Notes under the pieces: generated by a model
What the model was told of the DNA's origin: nothing
Seen by the model: only the letters and a program-made list of their open reading frames with translations
The model's database searches: none
Program-made: the position numbers and the translations under genes
Shown here: one piece after another, positions 42,466 to 56,257 of the stretch
How positions within the stretch are numbered: the first letter of the stretch is position 1
Layout of the letters: the number at the start of each line of letters is the position of its first letter
Assembly: GCA_002269645.1 (NCBI GenBank)
Contig: NIVC01000041.1
Span: forward strand, 496,001-560,000
Reading direction: 5' to 3'
Length of the DNA stretch: 64,000 bases
From: Macrostomum lignano
Taxonomy: Eukaryota

Positions 42466-43340
42466 AGTTTAGCTGTCTTCTATTTGTTGTGTTCATGCAT
42501 TATCATTATGTTTTATATTGAGATACAGAAAGATACATACAATACTACTTAACACCACTACAGCTATAGTAGTACTTGCATATCTACTATACTTTATAAT
42601 AAAGTTTTTATCTGTGTATCTAGGTACATGATTGATTGACATCTATCGTGGCTAAGAAATTGCTGAGTGCTAAGAGGATAATTTTTCGAAAACAAGAGCA
42701 GAACTTTTTATTTATGAATGCATTGTGTGCAATTTCAATTGAAATTGAATTTCATGATGGCATCATAAGGTAGCACCAGTTTGTCAGAGTTCAATTGCAC
42801 AATCAGAGCACAGCATAGCACAAGACTACATTGCAACTTAGATTTGATTTAGATCGTGTCACCAATCACCATATAGATTTAACTTTTATGGAGACTGGTA
42901 CTTAATTATACTTAACAAAAGGAAAAACACACATTGGTAAGTGTATAAAAAAGAACTGAAAGGTATACAACTTTTTATTAAATGTTTCAAAATTTTCCAA
43001 GTCTACAGATGCACACTAAGCATTGCACACTTTGTGTACTAAGCCTTTCTGCATTTTATGACTGACTCTCAATGGTGGGAATGAGGAATAGCCTTTTTTA
43101 AGCCCCAGAAAATTTTTCAGGCTGCATTATTTTAAAGGACTTGTAAATTACAGCTACAAATTCTTTTTTTAGGTTTTGCAAATTGAGTAATTGAATCAGA
43201 AAACTGTTTTTGCAGGCTTTACACTAAATCTTTATAAGTACTAAACAACTCCTAGCATAAATACAAAGTATTTGCTAAACAATGTTTACAAAAGTTTAAC
43301 TATTGCATAGTTTCAATTCTCTTGTATCTTATATCTAAAG

Positions 43341-43646
43341 CAGGGGTTGGAAAACTCTACTTTGCAGGCAATATGCAGCCTATAAAGCCTCTTTATCTGG
43401 CCCTCAAGTCCTTTGAAACTTTACAAAAGCAATCTAATCCACTCAAGGTTTGTGTCTCATCTTAGCTCTGTGCTCTCTATTAAACTCTCTATTCTTTTTC
43501 TCTCTTTTCCTATTATCTTAACTTTACCTCACCTTTCTCCTAGCTATTTCCTTTCTTTATTTCTTTTCCTCTCTCCCTTTTTGACTACTACTTTTACTAC
43601 TACTTTTTGTATCTAGCCCATGAGATAAAAAGTTTGCCAAACTAGG
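43341..43646. mobile_element. Old, decayed hAT-Charlie-like MITE
   Basis: Left end CAGGGGTTGGAAAACT, degenerate right end AGTTTGCCAAACTAGG, flanks ATCTAAAG/ACCTAAAG (7/8). Confidence 0.45.
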
Positions 43647-44642
43647 ACCTAAAGTAAATAATCAAGTTGAGCAAAGCTATAATAATACAATGAAAAATTC
43701 TAGTCAAAAGAGCAATGGCATTTGGGCCATTTTTATTCCAATTAAGTTTTACTTTTACTACTACTAGCAAAGGTGTAGCCAAGGGAGGAACACTAAGGAC
43801 ATGCCCTTCTTAGAGGGGGGAAATATTTTTTATTGCCTTTGTACTTTATTTCTAACACTTTTATTGGAAATGGATTTGTCCTTGTCTTTCTCCTATAGTC
43901 TAGATCATACTGGATGTTTGCCTAAACAAAAATAGAATAGAACTTACAAATGCACGAAAAAAATAAATCAAGTGCATATCTATACTCTCACATTTAAGCC
44001 AATGTTGCAACAATAAATAACTTTTTTGCATTGCATAAAGGACCTTTTTTGGCTAATATAATTTGGTTGATTATTTATTTTTTTAGCCTATACTATTAAT
44101 AAAAAAGAGCTGATATAAAAACTATTGTTTAAATAATTATAATTGTATTTGTAATTTTTGTATTAAACTGCCTAATTACAATCTTTCCATTTAATATGTT
44201 TAACATAGACTCTTTAGACTATTCTTTGTGATTTTAGAAAGTGCAGAACAGGTATGTACATACTATTTTTTTAGGAATAATGCATACCAATAGTGCATAT
44301 TTAACTTTTGACTTGCAAGGCCAATACAAGCTCAATTTTTTGGTATATACTATATGATTTAGAAGGTCCTTTTCTCTTGATATAAATATATGTTTTTCTA
44401 GCTTTTTAATTTTTAATATTAACAAAACCTTTTATTATTGACTGATTTTATGTAATTACAGATTTGTAATGACCTTTACTAAGTCTTTAATTTTATTTAA
44501 GAATATTTCAATAATAATTCAAATCAAATTTATATACCTTTTGCTTACTTTAGTTGCCCTATTAGAATAAATGTTAAAACTTGTGCATGTGTGCTTTAGA
44601 AAAGGAGTCAAATTATTTTATCATGCTTTAGGATCATACATA

Positions 44643-44794
44643 CGCAACTTTGGGAATCACCTGGCCATTTCTATTGGCAACACACACATGTAAGTCGCTA
44701 TTGGCTGAGAGCAGTCATGTGACTACTATTCCGTCCAATAGCAACTTACATGTGTGTTGCCAATAGAAACGGCCGAGTGAATCCAAAGGTTGCG
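44643..44794. mobile_element. 152-bp palindromic fold-back element (MITE-like)
   Basis: ~60-bp arms (CGCAACTTTGGGAATCACCTGGCCATTTCTATTGGCAACACACACATGTAAGTCGCTATTGG and its near reverse complement) around a ~30-bp loop. Confidence 0.7.
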
Positions 44795-45727
44795 CCCAAG
44801 CATGTTTAGGATTATTAGAAATCATTTTCTATCAAAATTGAAATTCACTAACTTTCAGAAATCATAATTAAAATTTTCTGAAATAGGAATTCAGAAAAGC
44901 AAAGTTTACTATGACCAAAACTCACTCTTTTACTTTTGATTTACTGCTTATACAAAACAAAATACAGGTATTTGTAGCAAAAATTAGTTTATTTTTAGCC
45001 ACTTTTTTATATGCTTCCAAAATTTTGACTTTTTTAATTTTTTTTAATTATGAGTATATAGGCCCTTCTACAAAGGTATTAGACCCTTTTCCATGTATAT
45101 TTATTTGCTAGAGCAGCAGCAAGCAGGAAAGGACAGCGCGCACGCATAAGTGTTTCATGCCTATGCACGCATTGTGCTTTAGAAAAATTCTGAAAGCACA
45201 CTGGATGCCATCTACAGTTTTACAACTTTTTTCTGGAGGGCTTATTTGTTTTTTATTATAACCACAATACAAAGCATATATGTTATTGCAAATAAAAACA
45301 AAAATATATAATTCTTTTTATTAAAATTGTTATTTAGTTTATTTTATTATAAGCCTTATGTAAATTCTAGGATATTCAAAAAAATTATTGCTTATATATA
45401 TACAGAAGGGAATTTGGCAATTGTAATAAGGCATACTTTTATTTATTTTTACCTTAAATGAACACTAAAGGCAAAGCATATTTATTGTGATAAGAAACAT
45501 ATTTGATAATATTAAACTGTTCAAAAACCCAGCACAACTTATCAAATAGACAGTGATATAATTTCAATTGCTATAGATACATAGCAAGAACACTAAGGCA
45601 AGATAGATATATATATTGATTGGCTAATAAATGGTATATAACAAGCCAAACAATGATATCCCATGGTATAGCTATTAGATTAACTAGCTTACACATTATA
45701 AAATCTATATTATAGAGCTCCTTGGCC

Positions 45728-45800
45728 ATAGAACGTAAGAACATAAGGCTGTTCTTACATAAGAACATAAGAATGAACGTAAGACCATAAAAAGTAACTG
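45728..45800 (-). mobile_element. Possible CR1-type LINE 3' tail remnant
   Basis: Repeated (C/T)ATAAGAA units (TAAGAACATAAGAA), the reverse complement of a CR1-style TTCTTATG tail. No coding remnant was recognised. Confidence 0.3.
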
Positions 45801-46021
45801 CCTTGAAGGCATGATATGATGAGGGTTGGCATATGTAGATATCTAGCTATTTGCCTATCTAGTCATCGCAAGTAATGATTAGGGAAAATCAGTTGAAACT
45901 TATTGAGATAAAGGTTTATAACAACTACAAGGTTATAATTTAAAGGCAATTGTTACTTGTCTAGTGACTGGACAAATGCTATGTTTCCCCATTTATCCAG
46001 TTAATATTAGACTGTCCAGTG

Positions 46022-46327
46022 AGCCCATACATGCGAAACCTCCAAAATTCGGTCGGCCGTGCGACTTAGTTTTAACAAAAATGCGACGTAGTTTTTGGCC
46101 AAAATTGCGACTTACATGTAAAAAAAACCCTAAAGCAAAATTAACGCAATTTTGGGTAAACGGCAGGAGTAACTATGACTGTCTTATTAAGCCAAAATGC
46201 CTCGTCAGCTACTTAGTACTACTACTTGGGTGTTTTTTCGGGTGGGCATTTTTGCGACTTCCTTGGTTGGCCGCCAAATCGGTCGGCCGGATCGGCCGAC
46301 TCGGCCGACTGTTGCGCATGTATGAGT
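46022..46327. mobile_element. Possible MITE with imperfect TIRs
   Basis: GCCCATACATGCGAAAC versus GTTGCGCATGTATGAGT, with internal TCGGCCG repeats; CpG-rich within a CpG-poor background. Confidence 0.4.
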
Positions 46328-47775
46328 GAGCCTATTTTTAGCATATGCAAAAATGGAAAACATGAAAGTGGTCTTTAAATGGCTAAAACTTTTTTAATAT
46401 GTGAGATATGGCTATGTTCTTGAATTTGTTGAAAAAAAGACAAATAGATCTTTCAAACGACATATAGTTTACATGTTTAGGACATACGACTACAAAGATA
46501 CAGACTATGAACCTTGTGTACATTTTCAAAACTGTGCCAAATTTGCTTGAAACTATGGGGTTGGGAGGATTTGTTTTTTAGGAAAAGAGTGCATAACTAC
46601 TAAGAATTCTTGCACATTGGGTGTAGGTAACTTCCTGCAGGTCATTTTAAGCAAACTTTTTTGTTCAAAAATATGTACATGTATATGTAAAATTTTAAAT
46701 GGCTATAACTTTTGAAATGAAAGTGTGGCCGCCCTAATTCTTTTTGCTATTTACTTCTAGTGACAAAATGAAACTTTTAGGCAAGACAGGATGAGTGTAC
46801 CTCTTGCCACAGTATGCTTAACAGAAATCGTCAAAATGCATGCAAATCCCTATAAAGGACATAAAAATTGGGAAATTTTCAAAGCTTAAAAGAATAGCCA
46901 CTTAGTTTCTTCGATAAAATGATAGCAAAACAGGCCAAGCTCTCTGTCCTAAAGGTACATCCTGATAACTTTTGCTGCACCAAAGTTATTAAGCATAGTT
47001 GGCAAACATGTACATGCAAATATACTACATGAAAATGCACATTGAGGGGTTGTACATTCGAAAAGAAGTCATATATGCAATTTTTTTTTCAAAAATGGAT
47101 AGCAGGACTTACGATATACTTTATCTTTTATGCATTTCTCACTAATCCATCATTTATTTGCAGATCTTTCAGATGCCAGACACACTGCAACTATACAGTA
47201 TCTGCTAAGTGCTTGACAAGCTCATGGTGCAGCTTTCTTCACAGGTGCCTCTGATCATTTCAGCTGGGCTCAAAGATTGCGCACAGCTTCTTTCAGGCCT
47301 GCATCAGCGCCCCTCTTCTCTAAAGGGGACCAGGCAATAGCAGCAGCAAAGGTTGGCAAACTGGCATGCTAGAAGTCGACACTGGCACAGTTGCAGCTGT
47401 GACCATTGCAGGAAAGACAATTAGTGCCTGGCCAGCAGCTTCTGCGCGTCTTCGACCTCTACAGGTCCTGCACCTTCTACTTCACTTTTGTTACTGCCTC
47501 CCACAGGTTACAAAGTATGTCTAGTTCAGTGTCTGCAAGCAGACTAAGGCATTCTGCCAAGCTAATTAAAAATATTAAAGCACTAAAGTGTACCAGCTAA
47601 GTAAAGCTGAGCTGACTAAAAAGGTTCTCAGTCAATTTGGCTACTTGCAGATAAAGTGGATGGGGATGAAAATGGGAGCAGACAAATTGACTGTCATACT
47701 CTCATATATGTACATGTACATACACAATGTAATCACACTGTGTATTGCCCTTAAGATTGTTAGATTGGCTACAGG

Positions 47776-49170
47776 TAGGGGGCGACCGGGACGGCCAAAG
47801 TCGGGCCCGGGTCGGGCCCGGGAATGAGGACTTGGGCCCGGGTCGGGCCTCGGGAATTCGGGACAAGATCTTTAGGACAGCTCAATAATTGGAAAAAAAT
47901 CATAATAAATCTTAATACTTTTAGCATATGCGGATTACTATTAAATATATAATAAATATATGAATTTTTAAATTTAATATAATATATTAAATGTATAATA
48001 AATATATGATAAACATCAAATATATTATAATATATAAATATAATAAATATTATTATTATTTAATACATTAGTTACGACTTCAGAATAGATAAGAGTTACA
48101 TTAAAAGACTTAATACTCAAATATCAATATACTCAATAGTTCAAATTCAATGTCCCTGTGTGGCACAAGTACTGTGTGTGTGCCAGTGACAATGACACTA
48201 ACAGGCAGTGAGGTAGGCAAGCAGGCACTGCGGCAGTGCGGCTGGCACTGGCAGTGGCAGTAATCAAAAAGAAGAAAAGCTGAAGCATTAAGTGTAAGGC
48301 ACTTGGCATTGGAAGCAGTAAGGAAGTAAGAACCAAATCAATTGATTGATTCTTTTATTTGAATTTTTAGTTCCTTTACATAGCTTCAATGTAAAGAGCC
48401 ATGTACACAGTCAGTATTCAGTAAGACAACAAGACAAGACAACAGAGCAGAACACAAATGAAGTGACAACACAACACAACACTCAACTGTCTCAACAGAA
48501 CAGGCAAACAGACAATGGAAATACAAGTAATTAGCTGATACCTGCCTACCTGCTCACCTACCCACCTAAACGAATATGATTACGAATACGATACTATGAG
48601 TCTACGACTACGACTACCTACGAATACGATACAAATATGAACACAATTACAAACTCTGATACTGATAGATAGCAAACTTCTTGGAAAAATGGTTGCCTTG
48701 GCCCTTAATAGGTACTTCTTGGAATGTAAATAGGAAATGTTATTTACAAAAGCTTAAAAATGACAAATCAACTTTTTAAAGAATCATATTTTTGCTTTTA
48801 GGCTGCAGCCTTCAGCGTGTAAAGTGGAATCAATATTGCAAAAAAGTATTGCAAAACTGTTTTAATTTTATCTTCCTGGAAAAAAATCCGATCTTCCTGG
48901 AAAGTGGAAACTGCTGTGGTTGACACTCACGGTCACAGACAGTTGCAGTTGCAGTTGCATTTTCCTGGGGCTGGAATTAAACGTAAATTAGTGTGAATAT
49001 GTTGAAAAATAATTTTATTCTTATTCGCACGCGGTTAGTGCCTTTAGGGAAAAAAGACTTGTCCCGATTTCCCGACTTTTTTAGGGTCGGGCCCGGGCCC
49101 GGGTCGGGCCACGATTTTGGTCGGGATTCCTGACTTTTCGGGCCCGGGCCCGGGACTGGGTCGCCCCCTA
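47776..49170. mobile_element. Non-autonomous hAT element, 1395 bp
   Basis: Perfect 12-bp TIR TAGGGGGCGACC/GGTCGCCCCCTA, perfect 8-bp TSD GCTACAGG (47768-47775, 49171-49178), subterminal CGGGCC/GTCGGG repeats, no transposase ORF. Confidence 0.92.
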
Positions 49171-52100
49171 GCTACAGGCGAGTCACCAATGTGACACACT
49201 AATGCCAAACTGGTGTCTTATCCTAGCAAACTGTTGCGCAGTTGGCGACTCTAGTCTTTAGCTGCCAGGCCATGTCATCCAAGCTGATTTATACCGCCCA
49301 TAGCTAGTGCAGATGCTGCTGAAACTGCAGGCACTGTAATACTGGAGACAAAAGGCACACACTTGCGTTTTCTTGACTGCCTGTTGGCTGATGCAGCCAA
49401 CACCCTGAACACTGCCAATGATGCAACCTACATTTATGTCAAGGCCCTGAAACCCACCCTATAACATTGTCTTGATCATGCCTGACTGGCTTGACTGTAG
49501 TAGCTATAGTTGTAGTACTGTAGTAGACTCATAGTAGAATGAGAAAGCCAGCATAGCTGACGAAATGCTCATTCAGATATTTGCTGACGAGCTGACTGCT
49601 GATGAATTGGTAGCAGACAAATTGATTGGATTACCACAAAGGTTTTGCACTGAAAAGTGGACACAATGAACAAGTAAATGAATCAAATGATGCAGATACA
49701 CTGTAAAGGTAGATTCAATTGCTGAATTTGGGCATGTCCTTTTCAAACATGAAAATAAGTAACTTAGTAAAATTATTTTTAAAGCATTATTTCATTAAAA
49801 TTATTAGATGGACTACAAAAAGCTTTTGAATGACTCAAGCATGAAGATAGAAGATTACGATTGACAGGAGCTACATCAACTTTTAGACATCCAGAGTAGT
49901 ACTTTGGAAGACCATTTTTGTAGAAATAATAGTCAACCATTTATATATTACTTACAGTAGGAAGTCAAAAATCTTACTAATTATAATATACAAGTATTAC
50001 TTTGATATGAAAGTAATACAAATTAAGGTTAATAGAAAGTATACCATGATACAGCCAAAAAATGGTACTCTAGAAAAAAGATTTTTTCTTCCCCTTTTTG
50101 TTTTAATCCCCAGATATCTATATATATAGAACAGTATATATGTACAAAAATATCAGAAAATGTTATGGTAATAAAAATCTACAAAATAACATCTAAAATG
50201 CTAAAATCAGCTATAAAATAAAAAAGTTAGACATTTTACTGCAAAAGACATGCTTTTTTTGGGCAAAAATAGCACAGTTTTTAGTGTATTTGAGATAAGA
50301 AAAAACACTACTTTTTGAAACAAAAAAATTAATAACTTTTTATTACTTGATCCATTTTTTTAAAGTTTAGTGTCATTTCAATTATAAAATTCACAGCTAC
50401 AACATGGCATGGTTAAAAATTTGAATTTTGAAAAAAAAATTCTTATTGGACTTTTTAGTTAGACAAATAGGCATTTTGTTATTTGTCCAATTAAATTGAT
50501 ATTCTATTTTATAGAAACTACAAGGGTGAATATTCTTGGACTTCAAAGAATTCTTATTTGAATCTTTATTTAGGGCCTATTATATTGTTATACAAGTGTA
50601 AATCTTAGAGGCCTATATACCAAATTGTATATGCATATACATATATCTACTTTATTTGCACTAGAATATAATAAAATATTAAACAAGATATGATAAAGTT
50701 CTTAAAAATCTAGATTATTCATCACTAAACAAATAGACACTTTTAGGCCTATTAGCAATTTAACCAGACAAATAGCAAAAAGGCTATTTGTCTAGCTAGG
50801 CCTAGTTACTAAATAAATAACAATTGCTTAATTTAAAAATCAATCTAAAACTTAAGATTTAGATTAGAACTTTATAACCTAACTGAATGGTTTTGTGTCA
50901 TTAAATATCTCTCTTATCACAATAAATATACTATGGTATGGTCTGGTGTCCATATTATTTAAATTGAAAAATAATTTTATTAAATAAGCATATTCTTTAC
51001 AATTGCCAAGAATTTATAATAAATGAATCCTTCCACACTATTTTCTTATTCATTCAAAACAAACCATAGTCCTAAAAGAATCATTGTTTTTGCTCAACAA
51101 ATTATTTATAAACCTATACGGCTATAGGCCCTACAACAGGTTTAATATTTGGTTGTCAAGAATATCCTCAGTTTCTAGAACCTTCCTCCAAACTGAGTTT
51201 TTATATTATGGAAGGACTTTCATTTAAGAAACAAAGTAACTGCAATCCGAATCAATCACCTGCCATTTCAGGCAGGGATATAATGCCATCAAGCCCATCA
51301 TCAGCGTAGAATTTAGTTCATAGAGTCTAGACCAACTCATTAACATTCTAGTGATTGCTTGCTAACTAAAGTTACTTTTAAGATGGACAGTCAACACGAA
51401 CACAATAAAATCCAATAGCACAGAACACAAGCTGTTTAAGCTGTTATGCAGGTTAGCTAAACATTTAGTAAAATAGCTAACGATGTAGCGACATGCAAAA
51501 ATGATTCTTTTTCTGAGAAGCAATTTAACTGTTTAGCATACAATTTGGTCAGAAATTAAAAACATGTGTTAGTTAAAACGAAATATTTAAAAGAAAATAA
51601 AAAAATACTGCAAAAATAGATAAACAAGGGATGAATTCATAACTGAAAGAGTTTTTAACTACTTTGTGCATGCTGAAGTTTAATTTTAGTGATAATGGAG
51701 TAAAAAGTAAGATTTTCTTCGAAGCAAAGCTATGCACTAATTTAAATTTTTACAATGCAGCATTGGCTTCTAAAACTTCTACTTTTGCGTTTCGGTAACC
51801 TACTTCACTATTCTGTTATACATTTTAGATAGTGGAAGAAAAGTTTTTCAAAACATAGGCTACATTAAGATAAATAATGTATGCAACTGAAAAAAATTTT
51901 TTTGTTGCTTTCCATGATTATGTATAGGACTTTTCTTTTGATATGCAACATGTACTATGTAGTAAAAATTGAGATACGAAATGAAATTCTTTATATTTGT
52001 ATATTTTTAATATTAGACTTCCTTTAGTAGGGCTATTGTATATTTGCATTAGATTTAGAATAAGATTCCATCTTATAATGTTATAACCTTGAAATTCTAG

Positions 52101-53910
52101 GATCCTAATATAAATAATGATTCTAATTTCTAAATCTTCTATTCCAAAAAGTTGATTTTTTTCTAACTTATATATTTTTAAACATAAGATAAGAATCCTA
52201 ATCCCACCTTGATAATGTTAAAATCCTGGGATCCTAACAGAAATTAGAACTCCAATTCTATCCTATATATATAATCATATCCTTGTTTTAATAGTTTTGC
52301 CTCAACGAAAATTTATTATAATATATTCATATATCTGCGGCTATAGTTAATGCCTAATTAATTTTCTTTAATTTCCTATAAGTTATGATTTTAGCAACAA
52401 TTTTTATATCATTCATTAATAGTATTTATTTATTTTTGCATAAAGATAGTTCTGATTATTTGTCCTAATATTAAAATTTGCCTTTATTACCCTAACTATA
52501 CAATAGGTTTACATGAGGGATAACTATCTATTTGAACTAAGATGGCTTTTAGGCTTTCAAAAATTAAATTAAAATAAACAGTTTATTTAATTTTCAATTT
52601 TTCTAGTTTTTATTAGTTTATATAAAAATATCGTTATTTTAAATATTGTTTATCAAGTATCTCAATGAACATAAAATATTATTTATAGTTAAAGTAAGTT
52701 TACTTTTTAGACACTTTGTATCATCAAAATTTTCAGTTGCTTAAGTCTTTGACCCTAGAGATTAACCTTTGGACATAAACCAAATGCTCAAATGGTGTTT
52801 CAAGTAGTCTTAGTTTTTTGTATGGCTTATATTACTTTATAGAGGAACTAATGTTTATTCTTATATATATGACTTTATTTGTTTGCATTTGTTTTATCTT
52901 AAAATATTCATTTGTATAATTTAAATTTAATTACGCTTAATTATATTTGCATTATTATAATCCAATTGAGCTCAAAGATATAGTTAAAAGCTAACAATAA
53001 TAATAATTTATTACACTTTTCCTAATAGGCAGATATGCAATCAATGGCTTAGCTGCAATTATTATATAGTGTATTGGAAAACTGTTTAGCTCTAGTCCAA
53101 GGACAAGAACATTCATACTTTGCATAAGTATGCCAACCCTATGCCATGCAATGTCTTCTTTCATTGTACTTTTTATGCTATAATATATTGATCAAATTGA
53201 TTTCATGATTTAAATAAGCAAGATATATTAAATATTGTTTTAAAGCATATAAAAAATAATAATGTTGTATGGTTACTAAAAGGATTAAAGGAAGCATCAA
53301 GTCCTTTTTGATAAATATTTTTGTTGAATCAAAAAGACTCTTTTTACAACTCTTATTCTATAACAGTTTTATATATAATAGCCTAGTGCAAAAGGAGCAG
53401 CTGCCCTACTTTACAGAGGATAAAATTTTTTTGAATGACCAAACAAATGTTGTAAAAGTTCTAACCTTTCTTTGCCTATCAGAGATATTCTTTTGTATGT
53501 TTTTGCTACCTTATAAGCCTATTTGGTAAAGAGACAGTAGATTTCTCCTAATTTCTAAACAAAGAGCTGTTGTTTTTTGGCTTATAATTCAATGTAGTCA
53601 TACACTCATTATTGCTTGATAATTTTATAATCTAGTTGAAAACTAGGTTACACTCTTGTCTCCTTTCATTTTTTGAATATAGTAATATATTTTTTAAATT
53701 CTTATTTCAAATCTTTGTAGAGAGTAAGCAGATCAACTTTAAAAGGATAACCCCCCTGAGTCTACATGAAGAATGTTTATCATTGGAAGTACATCTTTAA
53801 AATGTACACATTGAGCCTGTAGTATCTTTAGATATGTCAAACTCAACTAAAAGGTCAGGGATTCAATTTCTAACCTTCAGTGTCTATACTTCTATTAACC
53901 CTTTTCACAA

Positions 53911-54212
53911 ATAATAATTAATTGATTACACCTGCCCTAATAGGCAGATGTGCAACTGACAGCTAGCCACAGCAACAGCTATTGCATGGCGCATTTGAAG
54001 GCTGCATATGCCTGTTCAGTCAAAGGATTGGGGGGTCACCACACACACACACCCTCAATTATCCCAGCTAATGCTGGCACCCATTTTACAATTGGGTGAA
54101 CTGAAGGAATGCAGAGTTAAGTGTCTTGCTCAAGGATACAAGGTACCAGTGGGATCAAGAATCGAACCACCGACCTTAAAGTTGTGAGTCTTGTGACCAC
54201 TAGGCTACAACC
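53911..54212 (-). mobile_element. Second, older copy of the tRNA/CORE-like SINE
   Basis: Near-identical to 4111-4384 in the central domain, with CpG-site decay. A degenerate 3' fragment is also present at ~52996-53105. Confidence 0.85.
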
Positions 54213-56257
54213 CTACTCTTCTTCACAAAGAACACAACAGATTTGCTTTCTTTCACAATCCCCAGCCCTGGATAAAATGAACCATCCTCTTCCAGCTGGC
54301 CAGTGCACAACCCTGGATAAACTTGGCTTCTATTGCGATTTTAAATAAACACATTCAGATTCATATTTATAAAAGGTGAATTATGACTGCCTTGGGATTC
54401 AGGGACAGGGCGGTGCAGGCACCAGAAGACGGCAAAGTCGCAGCAATGCTAGAGCTAAGGAGGAGAGGACAGGCTGGAATGGAGGGAAAGATAAGGTTAG
54501 ACATAAGAGAAGCTGGTGCTGAGGCACTGCCGCATCATGTTAGGGCAGTTGAGGAGGCTGGCGGCTTAGAGGGATAGAGAAATCAATTATGTGTGAGGGT
54601 CCCCCACAAACCAAAAGCCACACGGCATACACACCGCCCATCTATCTATATGCAATAGGCAAGCGATGAACATCTCTTGATACGCTTGGGACGGACTGGG
54701 CTTGCTTGCTTCGGGTGTAAAGCATCTGGGAGCGATAGAAAAGTTGAGGTTGGTGGTGGAAGTCGCGCGGGGATTTTTATCCCAATTCCTCCTCTTATGC
54801 GTCTCTCTTTCTGGCTTTCCTGCCCCCCCCCCCCATCTCCCTAAACAGCTACCAGCTACCAGCTACCAGTTTTGTTATAAAACGCCCCTCCCCGCCCCTG
54901 TGCTGGTTTGTGTTTCTTTCATTTCTATCCTCCGTGCGTCTGTCCTTCCTCCCTTTACTTCACAATTTTCCGTCTCTTTCTCCTCCTCTTCCCCTTCCCT
55001 CCCCCTCCTATCCCCGTGGCTTTAGCGGGATTTTGCAACTCTCACCCAACTCTCGCCACTGCTCCCCCAGAACTGTCTGGGCTTGACCAAGGACGCCTAG
55101 AAACTATATTCTGGCGTGGCAGCTCTCCCCCCGTTGCTATAAAAGCTTTATTTTCAAGATGTGATAATTAACGCAAAAGTCAGGCAAGTTTGTAGGCTCA
55201 GGGTCTCTTTTTTAAGCTAAATAAAGCCTACATGTTTGAATAAAAAACTGTATTGTATTCTGGTTAATTTTTACTAAAACTTAACAAGCTAGACAGACAT
55301 AAAAAGTTTATCACACAGAAAAGATTTCAGTGACATTCGACAGGCCGCTGGTCGGTCAAGGATTAATGAACTTTTATATCTGCATTGCAACTTTTTGAAG
55401 TCTAGCTAGATAAGCTCGTTCATTCGTAGTTAATCACTCTGAGTCTTGGATGAGCTTCGCAATCATTAGTTATTACTCCGGGTTCTGCTTCTAGGTCTCT
55501 TTGGTTTGGCGGCCCCTCCCCTTTTTGTGCTTGCTTCTCCGCCACCTTCCTATCCCCATTCCTCTCTCACTGTCTCTCTTCTCTCTTTCTCCATATAGCA
55601 AGTCCTGGTACGCCCCAGTCGCATACGCGCACACATGACGGCCAGCACATGCCGTGTTTATATATGGAATTGAGTGGCTAAGCTTGTGCTTTTGGCTACT
55701 TTGGAAAGTCTGACCTTGCCTTTTCTTTAACTTCTTTCCTCTTTACTATGCCGTACCGGGCCTAGCCCGATCCTCTGTCTCTCTTCTCTCTCAGCGGTAA
55801 TATTTTTTCCTATATCCCCTGAAATCCCCATGAATTCTTTCCTTACCCCTATACCAGCTCTTGGCCTTCCCCGCTCACTCATCCAGCTGCCTCATTCCTT
55901 CACTTGTGTTAGCTATATTTGCGTTTCTAATCTCCGCCGTGTGTTTTTGTCTCCGTTTCACTTGTCCGCTTACCTTTCTGTCCGCTCGTTTAGCCCTACA
56001 TACTACTGTATATTTTCCACCAAGCCAATTCAAGGTCTGTCGGAACCAGGGATTACTAAAGTGACGTAAAGTCTCCTGGATTGGAGGCAGATTCATTAAA
56101 ATGCTTAACTGGAGTTGATACTTTCCTAGCTCCTTGTCAAACTTCGGCTAACGAGAGTTTAAAAGTTATTTAAGAGTTTTGTTAGAACGCTCAATATTTT
56201 TGTACACTGAGAAAATTTTTTTATACTCCCTGCCTGTCTCGTACCTTCTGGTTATGT

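Noticed and set aside
47150-49740. Decayed coding-like sequence interrupted by the hAT element
   Set aside because: Stops occur in all frames and no domain is recognisable.
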